The notes beneath the pieces are model-generated. The model had not been told where the DNA came from. It was given only the letters and a program-made list of their open reading frames with translations, and did not search any database. The translations under genes and the position numbers were made by a program. A stretch of 62,424 nt of DNA, counting the filler, from Stramenopiles sp. TOSAG23-3 (lineage: Eukaryota): assembly GCA_900128585.1 (NCBI GenBank). It is 7 parts of 7 records of this genome, joined end to end, with 100 filler letters (N's around TTAATTAATTAA, not from the genome) between each part and the next. Parts side by side here need not be neighbours in the genome. Positions count along the whole stretch, not along the records: positions 20,312 to 30,358 come from LT642852.1; positions 30,459 to 40,494 come from LT642853.1; 5 more parts are not named here. One strand, written 5' to 3'. This document shows, piece after piece, positions 21,862 to 33,287 of this stretch (its first letter is position 1; the number at the start of each line of letters is the position of its first letter).

Positions 21862-22642
21862 ACGGATGGACGGGACGATGGGAAAAACGAACAAATACAG
21901 TCGCGTATGTCAGACAGACGGCTGTGCTCCGCAAGGAAGTAAAAAAAGAACCAATAAATTGATAAGTGTGTTGGCACACATAGACAATTTTGTGTCTTTC
22001 CATTTCGGTTTAACCATTGTTTTTACGCATGATATTGTTTCTGGAATGGCTTGTAATTTGTATATTATACGTAAAGGTGCAAGCAAGTACGAGTAGTTCT
22101 TCATTCCTTCCTCCCTTTTTTTAAAAAATATAAATAATATTTTTATTATTATTGTAATAATATAATAATATGAACACAGTATACGGATATAAAATAAAAA
22201 TTTCAACGTTCGTTCATCGCTTTTGTGATTGGGTAATAATATAATACTATGCTGTGATTATGTTAAATAGAGTAAATAAAAAACTGAAAAAGAGCTTGAT
22301 GACCGGTACGTTAATAATATAAATACCAGGTGTACTACTGTATATAGCAAATAAAAACAACAATCAACAACAACAAAACACCACCACACTGTGTGTTGTT
22401 GTATTTATTAATATGTGATATTATTATTATTTATTATTATTATAGCCGACCGACGACTACGTACCGGTTATATTGAGATTTGTCATATTGGTCAGGTCAG
22501 TTAGTGGTCTTCCTCGATGCGATGGTTGAACACAACTTCTTGAAATTCGAAACGACAAATTGTTGCAGAAGGACAGCCAAATAATCCACCGACGGATATG
22601 AGTTGCCCTCACCATCACTCTCCTATATAGCTAACATATAAA

Positions 22643-23441
22643 ATGCCGCACTTCGGAGACCCCGAGTACTGGCGTAGGTACTACGCCGAGCAGGCGCAAG
22701 ACCCGTTCCATAGTCACGAGTTTCTGCAAGACTTTCAAGGGATAAAACGCCCGATAATGGCCCAGCTGAAAAAGAAATCCAAAATTCTCCACGTTGGATG
22801 CGGGAACTCTTACCTTTCTGAGGATATTTACGATTGCGGGCGTCTCCGACAAAGTGTTGAAATTGATGACTATTAGGAATCAAAGCGAGGGAAGGAAAAT
22901 CAAGCAAGTGGTCGCCGACTTTGCAAAGGACGTAGTTCCTAATTTTACGACTCCAGATTACGACGTGGTCGTCGACAAGAATGTCTTGGACTGTTTCATG
23001 TCAATACCAAACGACCACAACACTACGGCGATGAAGTACGTGAAGAACATATACAAACAGCTGAAGGCCGGGGGCCTGTACATAATGCTCTCCTTTAGCT
23101 CTGAAAACGCACGCCTGCCAATTTTGGGGTACAAAACCGACCCGGACTTTGTGTATCGGCTAACCAAGGGCATAAAATGGAAGCGGGTCACATGCATTCG
23201 CATCCCAAAGCAACACACTGGAATGAAGCCCGGAGAGGCGGAGAAAATAGAGGACGAGGAAGACATTTCGCATTTTTTGTACATTTGCGAAAAGCCTGGA
23301 ATCACTGCAGTCAGGAAGTACCGGAACGAGGGCAAAAATAAAAAGAAGGAACTGGCCTATGCCGTGGAAAACGCCCTGAGACCAGTCGTGCAAGTGGAAG
23401 AAGAGGACTTGTTCGGAAGCGACAGTGATGACGACATGTGA
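22643..23441 (+). CDS. Class I SAM-dependent methyltransferase (METTL13/EEF1AKMT4-like), frame broken at ~22840
   Basis: Frame 1 gives MPHFGDPEYWRRYY...ILHVGCGNSYLSEDIYDCG. Another frame continues VSDKVLKLM...YDVVVDKNVLDCF...LKAGGLYIMLSF. Confidence 0.8.
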
Positions 23442-23517
23442 GAGTGTATAAAAATAATTTAAGGAGTACTTTTCATTCGTACTACTGATGATAAAAACTA
23501 CATTTTAAAAATAAAAG

Positions 23518-23640
23518 AACAAGAAAATTGGCTGTATTTTAGGGTATCATATGAGGAAGCTAAATTTAATTACTTAAATAACAGCCAATTTTCTTATTTA
23601 AGTATAATTAAAATTAATGTACTGCGAACTGAAATCTAGA
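23518..23640. repeat. Dispersed 3'-intergenic repeat family, inverted pair
   Basis: AAGAAAATTGGCTGT (23521-23535) and ACAGCCAATTTTCTT (23581-23595) form a perfect 15-bp inverted repeat, followed by the ATGTACTGCGAACTGAAA module. Confidence 0.85.
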
Positions 23641-23736
23641 TTTAGACATTCTAGGTTTGCAAAATATACATTGAAGTTGACAGAAATATTTTCGCGATTT
23701 ATAAAAGACAGACGCTTCTACCTTCCGCCTGTTGCC

Positions 23737-25121
23737 TTACGCATTTCCGACCCTCTGCTCCCCCTCCTCCCCGTCAAAAACTTGGTACGCGGTGTCGCCC
23801 ACTTGTGCTTTATGATTGTCCCTGCTCAAGACGATTGGCTCCCCGGAGGCAAAAAGAAGAAAACAAAGGCCTCCAAGAAACGAAATAAACGCAGCGATGT
23901 AGAACAACCAGTTCCACGCAGACTTGCACGACGCGGATTCGGCCTGCACCAGCGCGATGGAGCGGTTGACCTTGAAGGTTTCATCGGACGGGCACCCGCC
24001 GTTCTGCAACATGTAGCCGACGAGGATCGGGGCCGCGCAGCCGCCAATCGTGCCAATGCTGTTCGCCACGCCTTTGATCAGACCAGCGTACTGCTTGCTG
24101 AGGTCCATTGGGGAGGCGGTAGACCCGCTGGCCCCGATCCCGCACGAGCTAATAATAACGCACAGGAGTAGGATCACAACCGTCGAGTCGGACGTAGTCG
24201 CGAGCAGCACCAAAGACACGCACGCTAGCGTGCTCGCAAGCGTCTGAAACAGTTTTCGAACCGTCGTAATCGACATTGCACCAGTCTGAATGAAGTGATC
24301 CGCACCAAACGCTGACGCTAGTCCAAAGACCCAGCAGCAGAGGTACGGGATGACTAAAATGCCGCTTTTGGAACCATCGGAGAGGTTAAAGTGCAGCTCT
24401 TCTTGCGAGTACTTTGGCAGGTTTGTCAGAAACATGTAGTTACCCCCCACGGCACCGAAGCCTTCCCCGCGTCGTCGGCGCGCTCGTTTGCCACTTCCAC
24501 GAGTTGGTAGGGCGCCTCCTCCTCCTCTTCCTGGCCCGGGTAGGATTGCATGCGAAACCACATGAGAACGACATAGACCCCGATGACGGCCGCGTAAGCG
24601 TAAAACACTTTGTCCCACGACCCAAGGTTGTTTTGAAGGACGTTCCCAATTCCAAGGGCAAACGCTGCGCCCCAGTAGCTTCCGCTGTCCATGATGCTGT
24701 TTCCCCGGGCCCTTTCTTCGGGGCTCAGCCACGCCACCAATATGGTCTGCGTGCACGGGTAGAGCGGTCCTTGAAGCAGGCCAACAATGAACCGGAGGAT
24801 GAAAAACTGGTAAAAACCCCACCTTGCAACGACAGGAGACGCAAGGCTCAAGAGGCACTGAACTGAACAACTAACCATTAGGACCGGCTTTCCTCCTATT
24901 TTGCTTGCCAAGAGTCCACCGGGTGCGTTGCCAAGAAAATACCCCCAAAAAAACGCAGACAGAAGGACACCATTCTCGAAAGGGGACCAACCGAGTTCTG
25001 CACTCATCCCAGCGCCACCCACCAATGTCGTTGAAAGAATCGTCCGGATTAAGTAGGAACTAAACACAGCGAGAAAGCAAAGGAGGACATGCTCGTACCG
25101 TCTTGCTAAACACGGCGGCAT
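23737..25121 (-). CDS. MFS anion:cation symporter (SLC17/sialin-like), frame broken at ~24445
   Basis: LLSAFFWGY...PGGLLASKIGGK, RFIVGLLQGPLYP...W...EER in ORF 24426-25121; GNYMFLTNLPKY, TTVRKLF, DLSKQYAGLIKGVANSIGTIGG and FASGE in ORF 23737-24870. Confidence 0.88.
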
Positions 25122-25477
25122 GGTGGGGGATAAACGTCGCTCGCGCCTCGCAAATTCCCTGAGAAGAACTTACGGAACGCGGATATGTAAATACGAACGA
25201 ATATTATAAAGCAAACAAGAAGGGCTTTCCCCACGTACCATGCAAACAGTCGTATAGAAGTTTGTTTTAAACCAATCTGAAATCTGCAATAGCCATGAAG
25301 AGAGAAAAAATAAATAATTATTCTTCCAAGAAGAGTATAGTAGATTAATAAAAAAAAACAAGAAGAAGAAGAAGAGTTTAATAATATTATTATTAGTCAG
25401 TAGGATGTGGGGGTCGTATAAGCCAAGTAGCAGTGTAGCACTTATTTATTATTTAGTAAGTTTTAGACAAAAACAAA

Positions 25478-27118
25478 TTAAATCACTTCTGTCTGGATCA
25501 CTTCTGCTCCTGTAAATTCTTTAATTTTCAGGGTACTCTCTTCCATCTCCCTCAGTTTCTTTCCGTACAAGGGCCAAAACCACAGCGCGACCGCCCTTCC
25601 GATGCAAACGATGGCCGGAAGCGTCCCAAAGGCAAAGTGAATGAAGTCAACGGAGGCGGACGGTATGCACCGTGTGGGCAGCGTCCCGTTGTAGCCGGTC
25701 GCCCCGAGGATGAGCGTCATCAGACCGCCGACCAAGTAGGCCCCGGTGACCGACCACCCCACGATGCCCTGTATGAACGCTTCCCGTCGCACCACCTTTC
25801 CATCTACGTTGTACCTCCTCACCATGTCCTCGTCGGTAAGCCACCCGACGAACATTCTGTTCGAAAGGCTGTTCACGGAGAAGACAAGCCCGCGAAGGGC
25901 CCCCAGCGGCACTACTACCATTTTGGTTTTAGTCTGGACGCCGATGAACCCAGCGACCCCTAGGAGGGCGTAGCCGAGGCACACGATTTTCCTTGGGTGA
26001 ATCTTTTTGGTGACCAGAATCCACCGAAAGAAGGGAAGGCCAACTATTCCACAGAAAAGCTGGGCGACCCCGGCCGCCCCAAGCAGCTGAGCAGATTCCT
26101 CAATGCACACCCCGGTCACCCGGGTCAGCCAGAACACGAGGAAAAGGATGTTGAGGGTGTTTGCAATAAAGTGGAAGAACGTGGACATGACGTAGGTGAA
26201 CGAGGACCGCTGGGTCATGAACGCCAGGACCTCTTTGCACTCGATTTTTTTGTGAGATTGTATGAACTTTATTGCCCGCGTCTCCTTGATCCCCGGCCAT
26301 GAGAGAAGGAGCATCGGGAGCACGTTCAAGAGGACCACGCCGGTCAAGTTCACGGAGCTTTTGACGAACACGAACTGCACGACCACGACGACGGTGATGC
26401 CGCTCAGTGCGTTGAATATGCCTACGAACACCCCCGCCCTGCCCCGGTCCAACGGGTTTGGGTACATTTCTGGAATAACCCCAAAGTACGTGGCAAAAAG
26501 CGCCGATTGGGCGATCATATGTAGACAAAACGTGACGAAAAAGTAGATTTCGAGGCCCCCTACCTTCATCCCAGTGTCGCGCCCTTGCCGCGTCGCGTCG
26601 GCCAGCACGCCGCAGGCGCTCGCGTTTGCGACCAGGGTGTCATCGCAGGTGGCGGTCCCGGGCTTTTGCTGTTCGATCCCTGCAACCATGGTTGGGTTGT
26701 ACACCAAAGAGGTGGTGATGCAGTAGAGCGGGATTAGAAACATTAGCCACGGCGCCCGCCTTCCCCACTGCTTTGGGGGAAACATGGACGGAAAAAAGCT
26801 AAGGTTGTCCATGACAAGGCCGACGTAAAGGGACGCGCACGACCCGACGACCGCGTAGATCATCGAGAACACTCCAATCGCCTCCGCGTTGGCCCCAAAG
26901 AAGTCGATGTAAAGGGTTTTGCTCAAAATAGCCTCTGTCACGGCGGGAAGAAATATGGGGAACCATAGGGAGGCGAACCGAACCCGCTGGGCATCGTCGT
27001 GCGCGCCCGCCGGGATCACGGTGTTCGTCGCGTGGTCGTCGACCGCAACGTTGGCCGAGGAGGGCGGCGGGGCGGCGGGTGGTGCATTCCCCGTATCGAC
27101 CATCTCAACCTCCGCCAT
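25478..27118 (-). CDS. MFS transporter, GPH/MFS_2 (MelB/MFSD2-like) family
   Basis: About 12 hydrophobic helices; WGRRAPW loop motif; IPEMYPNPLDR; D...RREAFIQG. Confidence 0.82.
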   Translation of the reverse strand: MAEVEMVDTGNAPPAAPPPSSANVAVDDHATNTVIPAGAHDDAQRVRFASLWFPIFLPAVTEAILSKTLYIDFFGANAEAIGVFSMIYAVVGSCASLYVGLVMDNLSFFPSMFPPKQWGRRAPWLMFLIPLYCITTSLVYNPTMVAGIEQQKPGTATCDDTLVANASACGVLADATRQGRDTGMKVGGLEIYFFVTFCLHMIAQSALFATYFGVIPEMYPNPLDRGRAGVFVGIFNALSGITVVVVVQFVFVKSSVNLTGVVLLNVLPMLLLSWPGIKETRAIKFIQSHKKIECKEVLAFMTQRSSFTYVMSTFFHFIANTLNILFLVFWLTRVTGVCIEESAQLLGAAGVAQLFCGIVGLPFFRWILVTKKIHPRKIVCLGYALLGVAGFIGVQTKTKMVVVPLGALRGLVFSVNSLSNRMFVGWLTDEDMVRRYNVDGKVVRREAFIQGIVGWSVTGAYLVGGLMTLILGATGYNGTLPTRCIPSASVDFIHFAFGTLPAIVCIGRAVALWFWPLYGKKLREMEESTLKIKEFTGAEVIQTEVI

Positions 27119-27469
27119 AATATCTTGTCGATTCCTAACACTTCTATACTCTCAAACGTCCAACGAAATAAAACATGCACCTATCAATTATGAAACCTAA
27201 GGAAGAACATGTCTGTTTTCTATCCCTTCTTAAAATTTTTTATAAAATAATTATTATAATTATTATTACCACCAGTTATTTCTTCCGAATGATGATGATG
27301 TCTAAAGAATCATCCCTCTCCTCCCCTCCGTCTTCCGTGCCCCGTGTGCCCGTGCCCGCCTGTAGTACTGTACTATTTTTACCACTCTCTTCGACTCCCC
27401 AAGGATTGTGTTAAATGCAATTTCATATCTTTATTATCTATATCTATATCTAAATATCTAAATATCTAT

Positions 27470-27830
27470 TCTTCTTCTTCTTTCTTCTTCTTTCTTCTTC
27501 TTCTTTCTTCTTCTTTCTTCTTCTTTCTTGTTCTAGACTACCTTATCTATAAATAAATACATAGATTTGTAAGAAGTCTATAATTGCCAATTCTTGAAAT
27601 GAAGAAAGAAAGAAAGAAACAAAGAGAAAATGAGAGAAACAAGAAAGGAAGAAAGAGAAAAAAGAGAAAAAAGAGAGAGTCGAAAGAAAGAGAGAGTCGA
27701 AAGAAAGAGTCGAAAGAAAGAGTCGAAAGAAAGAAAAGAGTCGAAAGAAAGAAAGAAAGAGAAAGAAAGAAAGAAAGAAAGAAAGAGAAAGAAAGAAAGA
27801 AAATAAAAGAAGAATGAAAGAAAGAAGAAA
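27470..27830. repeat. (TTC)n tract, then a (GAAA)n / AGAGTCGAAAGAAA purine tract
   Basis: Directly visible low-complexity repeats in a divergent intergenic region. Confidence 0.9.
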
Positions 27831-28089
27831 GGATGATATGGATTTGGGCAATTAATTATTGAAGAAGAAGCGTAGTTATAGTTATTATATAGTTATATTT
27901 ATAGTTATAGTTATATTTATAGTTATTGGAATGGAGATAAATAGAAGATGAACGTTGTTTACAATGATCCTAACAATGCTGTCTATAAAAAAGAGAAGAA
28001 GAAGAAGAAGAAGAAGAAGGAAAAAAAAAAGAAGAAGATAAAAAAATTACTATTATTGGGTATAATAATACAGGTAAAAATACCCTTTA

Positions 28090-28182
28090 CCTAGTATTAT
28101 ACCGGGTACCCATGTTTTAAACCGGTTCCTTCCCTGTTCCCTGTTCCTGGAACCTGTTCCATACCCGTACCGTAGTACCAAG
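28090..28182. promoter_or_regulatory. GTAC/CCGGT-rich motif cluster, second copy
   Basis: GTTCCATACCCGTACCGTAGT (28156-28176) is the reverse complement of 1547-1567 with one mismatch. Confidence 0.4.
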
Positions 28183-28462
28183 TAGTAATAGAATAGAAGG
28201 AAAAAAAAAAAGAAAAAATAATAGAGGAAAGAAAAAAGGAATAAAAAATGTAAGAAAGAAGTACGTTGACTAAAAGAATATGGAAGAGGGAAAAGAGGTC
28301 AGAAGGAACAAGATTATAGATAGATTTCGATATATTATTAACGGAACAATTTAAACGAACGGGCATACATATGATCATTTGATACATATGGTCGTTTGAT
28401 ACACACATACATATAGAATATACATACTAACACATATAGACGACGGACTGATAACGCACGAA

Positions 28463-29251
28463 ATGTCTGGGTTTGTCGGCCAGCGGGTTGCAACGTTCGA
28501 GAGCAAGAAGAAGCAGAGGGAGGAAAGGTTTAAGCGTGAAGCCGCGAAACCCCCGCCATCGAAACCGAAGCGTACGTTTGCTCACCCAGGGGGAAAAGTA
28601 ACGCACAACAAAGAGGCCGCCCTCGCGGCCTTTTTGAAAAGAAAAGGCGGAAAGTTGACGGCGCAGCAACAGGCATCGTTGAAAAATTTAGAAAGGATAG
28701 GGCAGTACAAAGGTCCCACCGCAGAAACCGCGCCGCCAAAAGAAAAGGGGCCCAAGGAAGCCGCCGGCGTGGGAACCAAAGACGGCAAGCCCAAGCAGGT
28801 CGTCAAGCAGATTAACACAACAGCGCAGGGGAAGAAGGCGAAGGCCCCCGCAAACGCGGGCCGTTGGGAGAAAGCATCGTGGAGGAAGGGGCAGAAGAGT
28901 GGAAAGTACCGGAGCAAACGGTTTTCAAAGCAGGGACCCGCGTCTACGGACGGTCCAAACCGGAACAACGATAACAAGGGGAATGGGTTGCACTATCACG
29001 CACCGTACAGTAGGTCCGGCCGGCGTGTGCCCTCCGGCGCCCCGAAATTTCGGAAAAACAAGAGTATTAGTAGGGCGACCAGCAACACTGGAGTCTGGCG
29101 TTCTGTGAACACGACGAACAGTAAATTGCGGGAGGCTGGGGTAGGAGGAGCTCAGCCTCAAACGGACCCGGCGCCCAGACCCCAGCAGGAGCACGCCTGG
29201 AAGACGTGGAGCGTCCCCAAAAAAAGTTGGGGCTCCAACGCTTTAAAATGA
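28463..29251 (+). CDS. Basic, low-complexity protein of unknown function
   Basis: 262-aa ATG ORF with coding-like GC between AT-rich flanks; K/R/G/P rich; no recognisable domain. Confidence 0.65.
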   Translation: MSGFVGQRVATFESKKKQREERFKREAAKPPPSKPKRTFAHPGGKVTHNKEAALAAFLKRKGGKLTAQQQASLKNLERIGQYKGPTAETAPPKEKGPKEAAGVGTKDGKPKQVVKQINTTAQGKKAKAPANAGRWEKASWRKGQKSGKYRSKRFSKQGPASTDGPNRNNDNKGNGLHYHAPYSRSGRRVPSGAPKFRKNKSISRATSNTGVWRSVNTTNSKLREAGVGGAQPQTDPAPRPQQEHAWKTWSVPKKSWGSNALK

Positions 29252-29364
29252 ACCAACGAAAAGTGAGTCGATGCACCATCGCATAAACTAAGTCTTATGT
29301 TAAGTACAACTATAATTAAAATGTTTTGCTATTATATAGATATAATTAGTTTTTCATTAAAAAA

Positions 29365-29412
29365 AACAAGAAAATTGGCTGTTTTATTTAATTTTAATTA
29401 AATTTAGCTTCT
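29365..29412 (+). repeat. Dispersed 3'-intergenic repeat family copy, overlapping the stop codon of the minus-strand gene
   Basis: AACAAGAAAATTGGCTGTT...TAATTAAATTTAGCTTC matches 40366-40408. Confidence 0.8.
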
Positions 29413-30142
29413 TCTTGTTTTTCAGCTATTCCTCCTTCATTTGCTACTTTGGCGGCTCCCTCGTCCACCGCATTTGGAGCTGCAGTCGCTCGCACGCCTG
29501 GTTCAACGGCTGTGGCTTCAGCCGGCGCGCTGGGCAGTCCAGTGCCATCACTGTTTATGCCACCGGAAGTCGATGGAGAAAGCAGTGCCCTTCCTAACAT
29601 GGCATACAACCATGCGGCCAACGCAGGCCAACCAGGTCGCGTGTTATCGTCATCGGCAGCACTCGTTTCCAACATTTTATTCAAAATGCTTCCAGCGTGT
29701 TCGACATTTTCACTTTCTAACTTTAACGTACACAAAGCTGACTTGGCTTCAGCTGAAGATAGAGCCGTCATGTTTAACATCCTTGGCAAAAGAGATTGTC
29801 GAAATCCCCCCCAGCTGCCTCCCACCGCCTCGCCGGCATCATTTTTGCCAGGACCGCTGTCCCCCCTCCACTGGCAAGGCAAACAGTCAAGCAGCGTTAA
29901 ACAGGCATCTCCAATACGCTGCGCGTCCGGCAAAACCGCGTCGCTCCAGGTACCATCTGCGTTCAGGCATGAGCTTATCGATTCTAGAGTGGCCAAATCC
30001 AAACCCTCCAGTTTGGACTTGGCGATCTTGTCTAACTGCTCAAAGTACTGGTCTATTTCTTCCTGGAGACTTACTTGCCGGCTTCAAACGCCTCTTTTGA
30101 GGAAGCGAAAGGTGCTGCTGCCGTTGATGCGCCACCACCCAT
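29394..30142 (-). CDS. Putative N-myristoylated protein of unknown function, frame broken at ~30063-30074
   Basis: ATG at 30142 gives MGGGASTAAAPFASSKEAFEAGK then TAA. A second frame continues QEEIDQYFEQLDKIAKSKLEGLDLATLES... to the stop at 29394. MGxxxS is the N-myristoylation consensus. Confidence 0.6.
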
Positions 30143-30358
30143 CTTTTCGCGTCCCAGGTCCCAGGTAACTATTTATCGCACCATCCAATATTATGTAATA
30201 TTATTGGATGGAGAAATTGAGAATTAGTCATCATCAGTTTTTACTCCTCAGCCACACCACAAACACGTGGTGGTGGTGATAATGATGAAATTATGAAGAT
30301 ATATTATATATAGTCAGTCGTCTCTCCTCGTCTGTTTCTCTCTCTCCTTCTATTATTT

Positions 30359-30458
30359 NNNNNNNNNNNNNNNNNNNNNNNNNNNNNNNNNNNNNNNNNN
30401 NNTTAATTAATTAANNNNNNNNNNNNNNNNNNNNNNNNNNNNNNNNNNNNNNNNNNNN
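30359..30458. other. Artificial contig-joining linker
   Basis: 44 N + TTAATTAATTAA + 44 N. Confidence 0.97.
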
Positions 30459-30780
30459 TTATGACACTTTCGTTTTTCCTATAAAAACAACAACTTTTAA
30501 ATAGCTAAACGAACGAGATTTAATTACAGAAATACCAAACAGTTACATTATACGATATTTCACCAAGTATATAGTCTTCTTATACTTAACTTCATTATGT
30601 TTTGCCTATACATACAAAACAGGATATTTTACCATAAAAAGCATAAATTCTATTCAGAAATAAAAGTTCACAATACAATATTTTATACTTATAAAGTGGT
30701 TCGGTATTTCCTATGAATGCGTGTTCAGCAAACGTTCGTTGTCAGCTCTTCGCGAATCGTTTGCCGTACTGTCTTTATGT

Positions 30781-30955
30781 AATTCTGAAATTGGTGCACC
30801 AATAATTTTATTTACACCGTATACCATAGGTATACCAATTCTGAAATTGGTGCACCGCGAGATACATCACATAGCAGGGGAAAAGTTTAATTTCGGAATT
30901 GGTGCACCGCGAGATACATCACAACATCACATAGCAGGGAATTTTTTAATTTCGG
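30781..30955. repeat. Degenerate ~55-bp tandem repeat with palindromic GGTGCACC core (3 units)
   Basis: AATTGGTGCACC near 30789, 30845 and 30897. Units 2 and 3 share GCGAGATACATCACA and CATAGCAGGG. Confidence 0.8.
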
Positions 30956-31419
30956 TGTTTTTTAACTAAACCAAACAACTTTGAAACTTTCAAACAAAAA
31001 ACCCACTCTTATTTATTCTACTCTTATTACATATATATATGTAATAAAAGAAAAAGCCCACCTTAAGACAACTATTTGATTCAACTCTATTATAACGAAA
31101 AGTGCTACATTCAATCAAACTATTTTTTTTAAAAAAGTTTCATTAAAGGCAACAACATCTGGAATAATTAATAACAGCAGTATAATCTATTCCTTTATTA
31201 TATTTTCGTATTAAGTTATAAGTTCCCCATTAATTTCGTCGACATATAATTTGTGTACATATATAGTGTGTTGAATATTTAAGCATTCAAAAGGAAAGAG
31301 CCCTTGGAGCGAAATACTAGAAACGCCTTACGTGTTTCGGTGTGATGTACCAAAGAATGGAGATATCTTGATGGAGCATTGGATTTTGTCAGTACTTTCA
31401 TATGCGCAACATCTCATCA

Positions 31420-33085
31420 AATGATATTAGGGAAGAGGATGTACACAAGCATTGAAGAATTTGTAGACAATTTATTATTGCTCATTCCCGTTGATGGCCA
31501 TAAACTGGATAGAAAGTACAGAGATATGTTGTCATTCACTTTAAGCAAGCACTTAGAAATACCTTTTATTCGTTGTGTAATCTTAAAATCGAAAATATTT
31601 CGATCTGCTGTGACTTCGCTCATTGAAAAATACCACGAAGACGAGGATCATTTACAAACGACATTTAACATCGTTTGTGGAATGTATAATTTACTAGCCA
31701 ACAAACAAGATAAAAAGGATGCTAATAATTCTTACAACCCAGTTGCAGCTCAATCAACCCAGGGGACATTGGAATGGGAGGCAACTTTCTCCTCAGAGTA
31801 TGCAGTTGAAAATGCAGTTCTGTTGCATGATGATAAAGCACTTTGGAATGCATTATTTTATTGTTGGGTTTATAGCAGCAACTACTTGTTGTTACCAAGC
31901 TCGAGAATTTTATTAAGGCAAAGAATAGACCTTTGCACGGCAATTGTGAAACTTATTAGTGCATTTTATTCTGCATCAAAAAGTATGAAAGACGGAGAGA
32001 TAGAAACCAGTGAAATTTTTGAATGGAGAAACAGCTTTATGACTGTACTTAAATACACGCATGAAAATACGATCCTATACAAGGAGTGCCAAAAAGCTGA
32101 TGGGATTGGTTTAATATGGCATCTCGTTAACGCATCCTTTAATTTAAAATTTCAGCCACATGACATTGTCTATTTTGGCAAAAGTATTGATTTTACATTT
32201 CTTAATAGTTGCACTGGCGTCGGCCGAGTTGGTCATATATGCAATTATTTTGTACATCGCTGCTCAGGTATTGTACAGAAAAGTAATTTGCGACATATTT
32301 CAAAATTGAGTGAATCTTTTATATTTCATTTGGCCAGAACGTTAATAATAGTCAAGAGAGAGAACAAACTATCTTTAAAAGGCACAGAAGCATTGCAAAA
32401 CATAGAAAAACTTTTGGCACTGTATTTTGCTGAAATTGATCATTCGTATATCCTATTGGCCTGGTTAGGCGGTGGAGGAAACGTTTACCACAGTAAAGTA
32501 GCCCCGGCTCGTGTGGGTTCCACAATAAATTTACTAAGGTCAAGAAACCGAACTGAAGGGGAAGTGCACGTTCAAAATCAAGAAGATTTTTTTGGAATAT
32601 TGTGTAATACAGAAAAAGACTATGTAGTTCTATGTAAGTGGGTTGTAAAACGCTTGGGTACGCTTCTGCATACCCATCGTAGCATGAGGCAAGACAGAAA
32701 ATTCCAAGCCTGTTTATCTGCAGTGCAGTATATGGCAAACGGAACGTTCTCAGTCGTGGAAGAATTGGTTGAGGACTGCCAAAGAACATTGTCTAGGTTA
32801 AAACCAACAAAATGCCAAATGACGATTGAACATCATGGCCTTATAATATCAAACGGACTGATAAAAAACAGTACTTTTCGGGGGGAAATTGCTATCAAGT
32901 TCAGACACAAAGGGCGATTTTTAAAAGAAAGAAAACATTCTTATAGTAAACCTGCCCAGCTACCATGTAACAGTGGTAATTCCGTATTTGCTGTTTTATC
33001 CCCATTAAAATTATCAAAAAATCCTTCCATTCATGTTCCTACTAGACCAAAAACTGCAGCAGTTATGACCGATCGAAACGAATAA
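31420..33085 (+). CDS. Hypothetical protein (start uncertain)
   Basis: An open frame of >550 codons in AT-rich DNA is unlikely by chance. No recognisable motif; an upstream exon is possible. Confidence 0.6.
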
Positions 33086-33287
33086 TAAAGGCTGAGCGCG
33101 CAAAGTATGTTCGGAGGAGCAGCCCACAAAGAAATTTAGATTTTTGTATTACATTAAAGTTTTCCTGTGACCGTTACGGAAAGTACTATCAGTAAGAAAA
33201 AAAACCTTAAGCATAATTCTGTCAGTTTGGTGAAAACAAAACAAAAAAAGAAGAAATAAGATTAGTAAAATCGCAGGAGCAGAGATA

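Noticed and set aside
30084-30086. In-frame TGA upstream of the 29394-30002 ORF read as selenocysteine
   Set aside because: A better N-terminus (MGGGAS...) exists in another frame, and I saw no SECIS-like element downstream.
30781-30955. CRISPR-like array
   Set aside because: Only three units, the second and third spacers are near copies of each other, there are no cas genes, and the context is eukaryotic.
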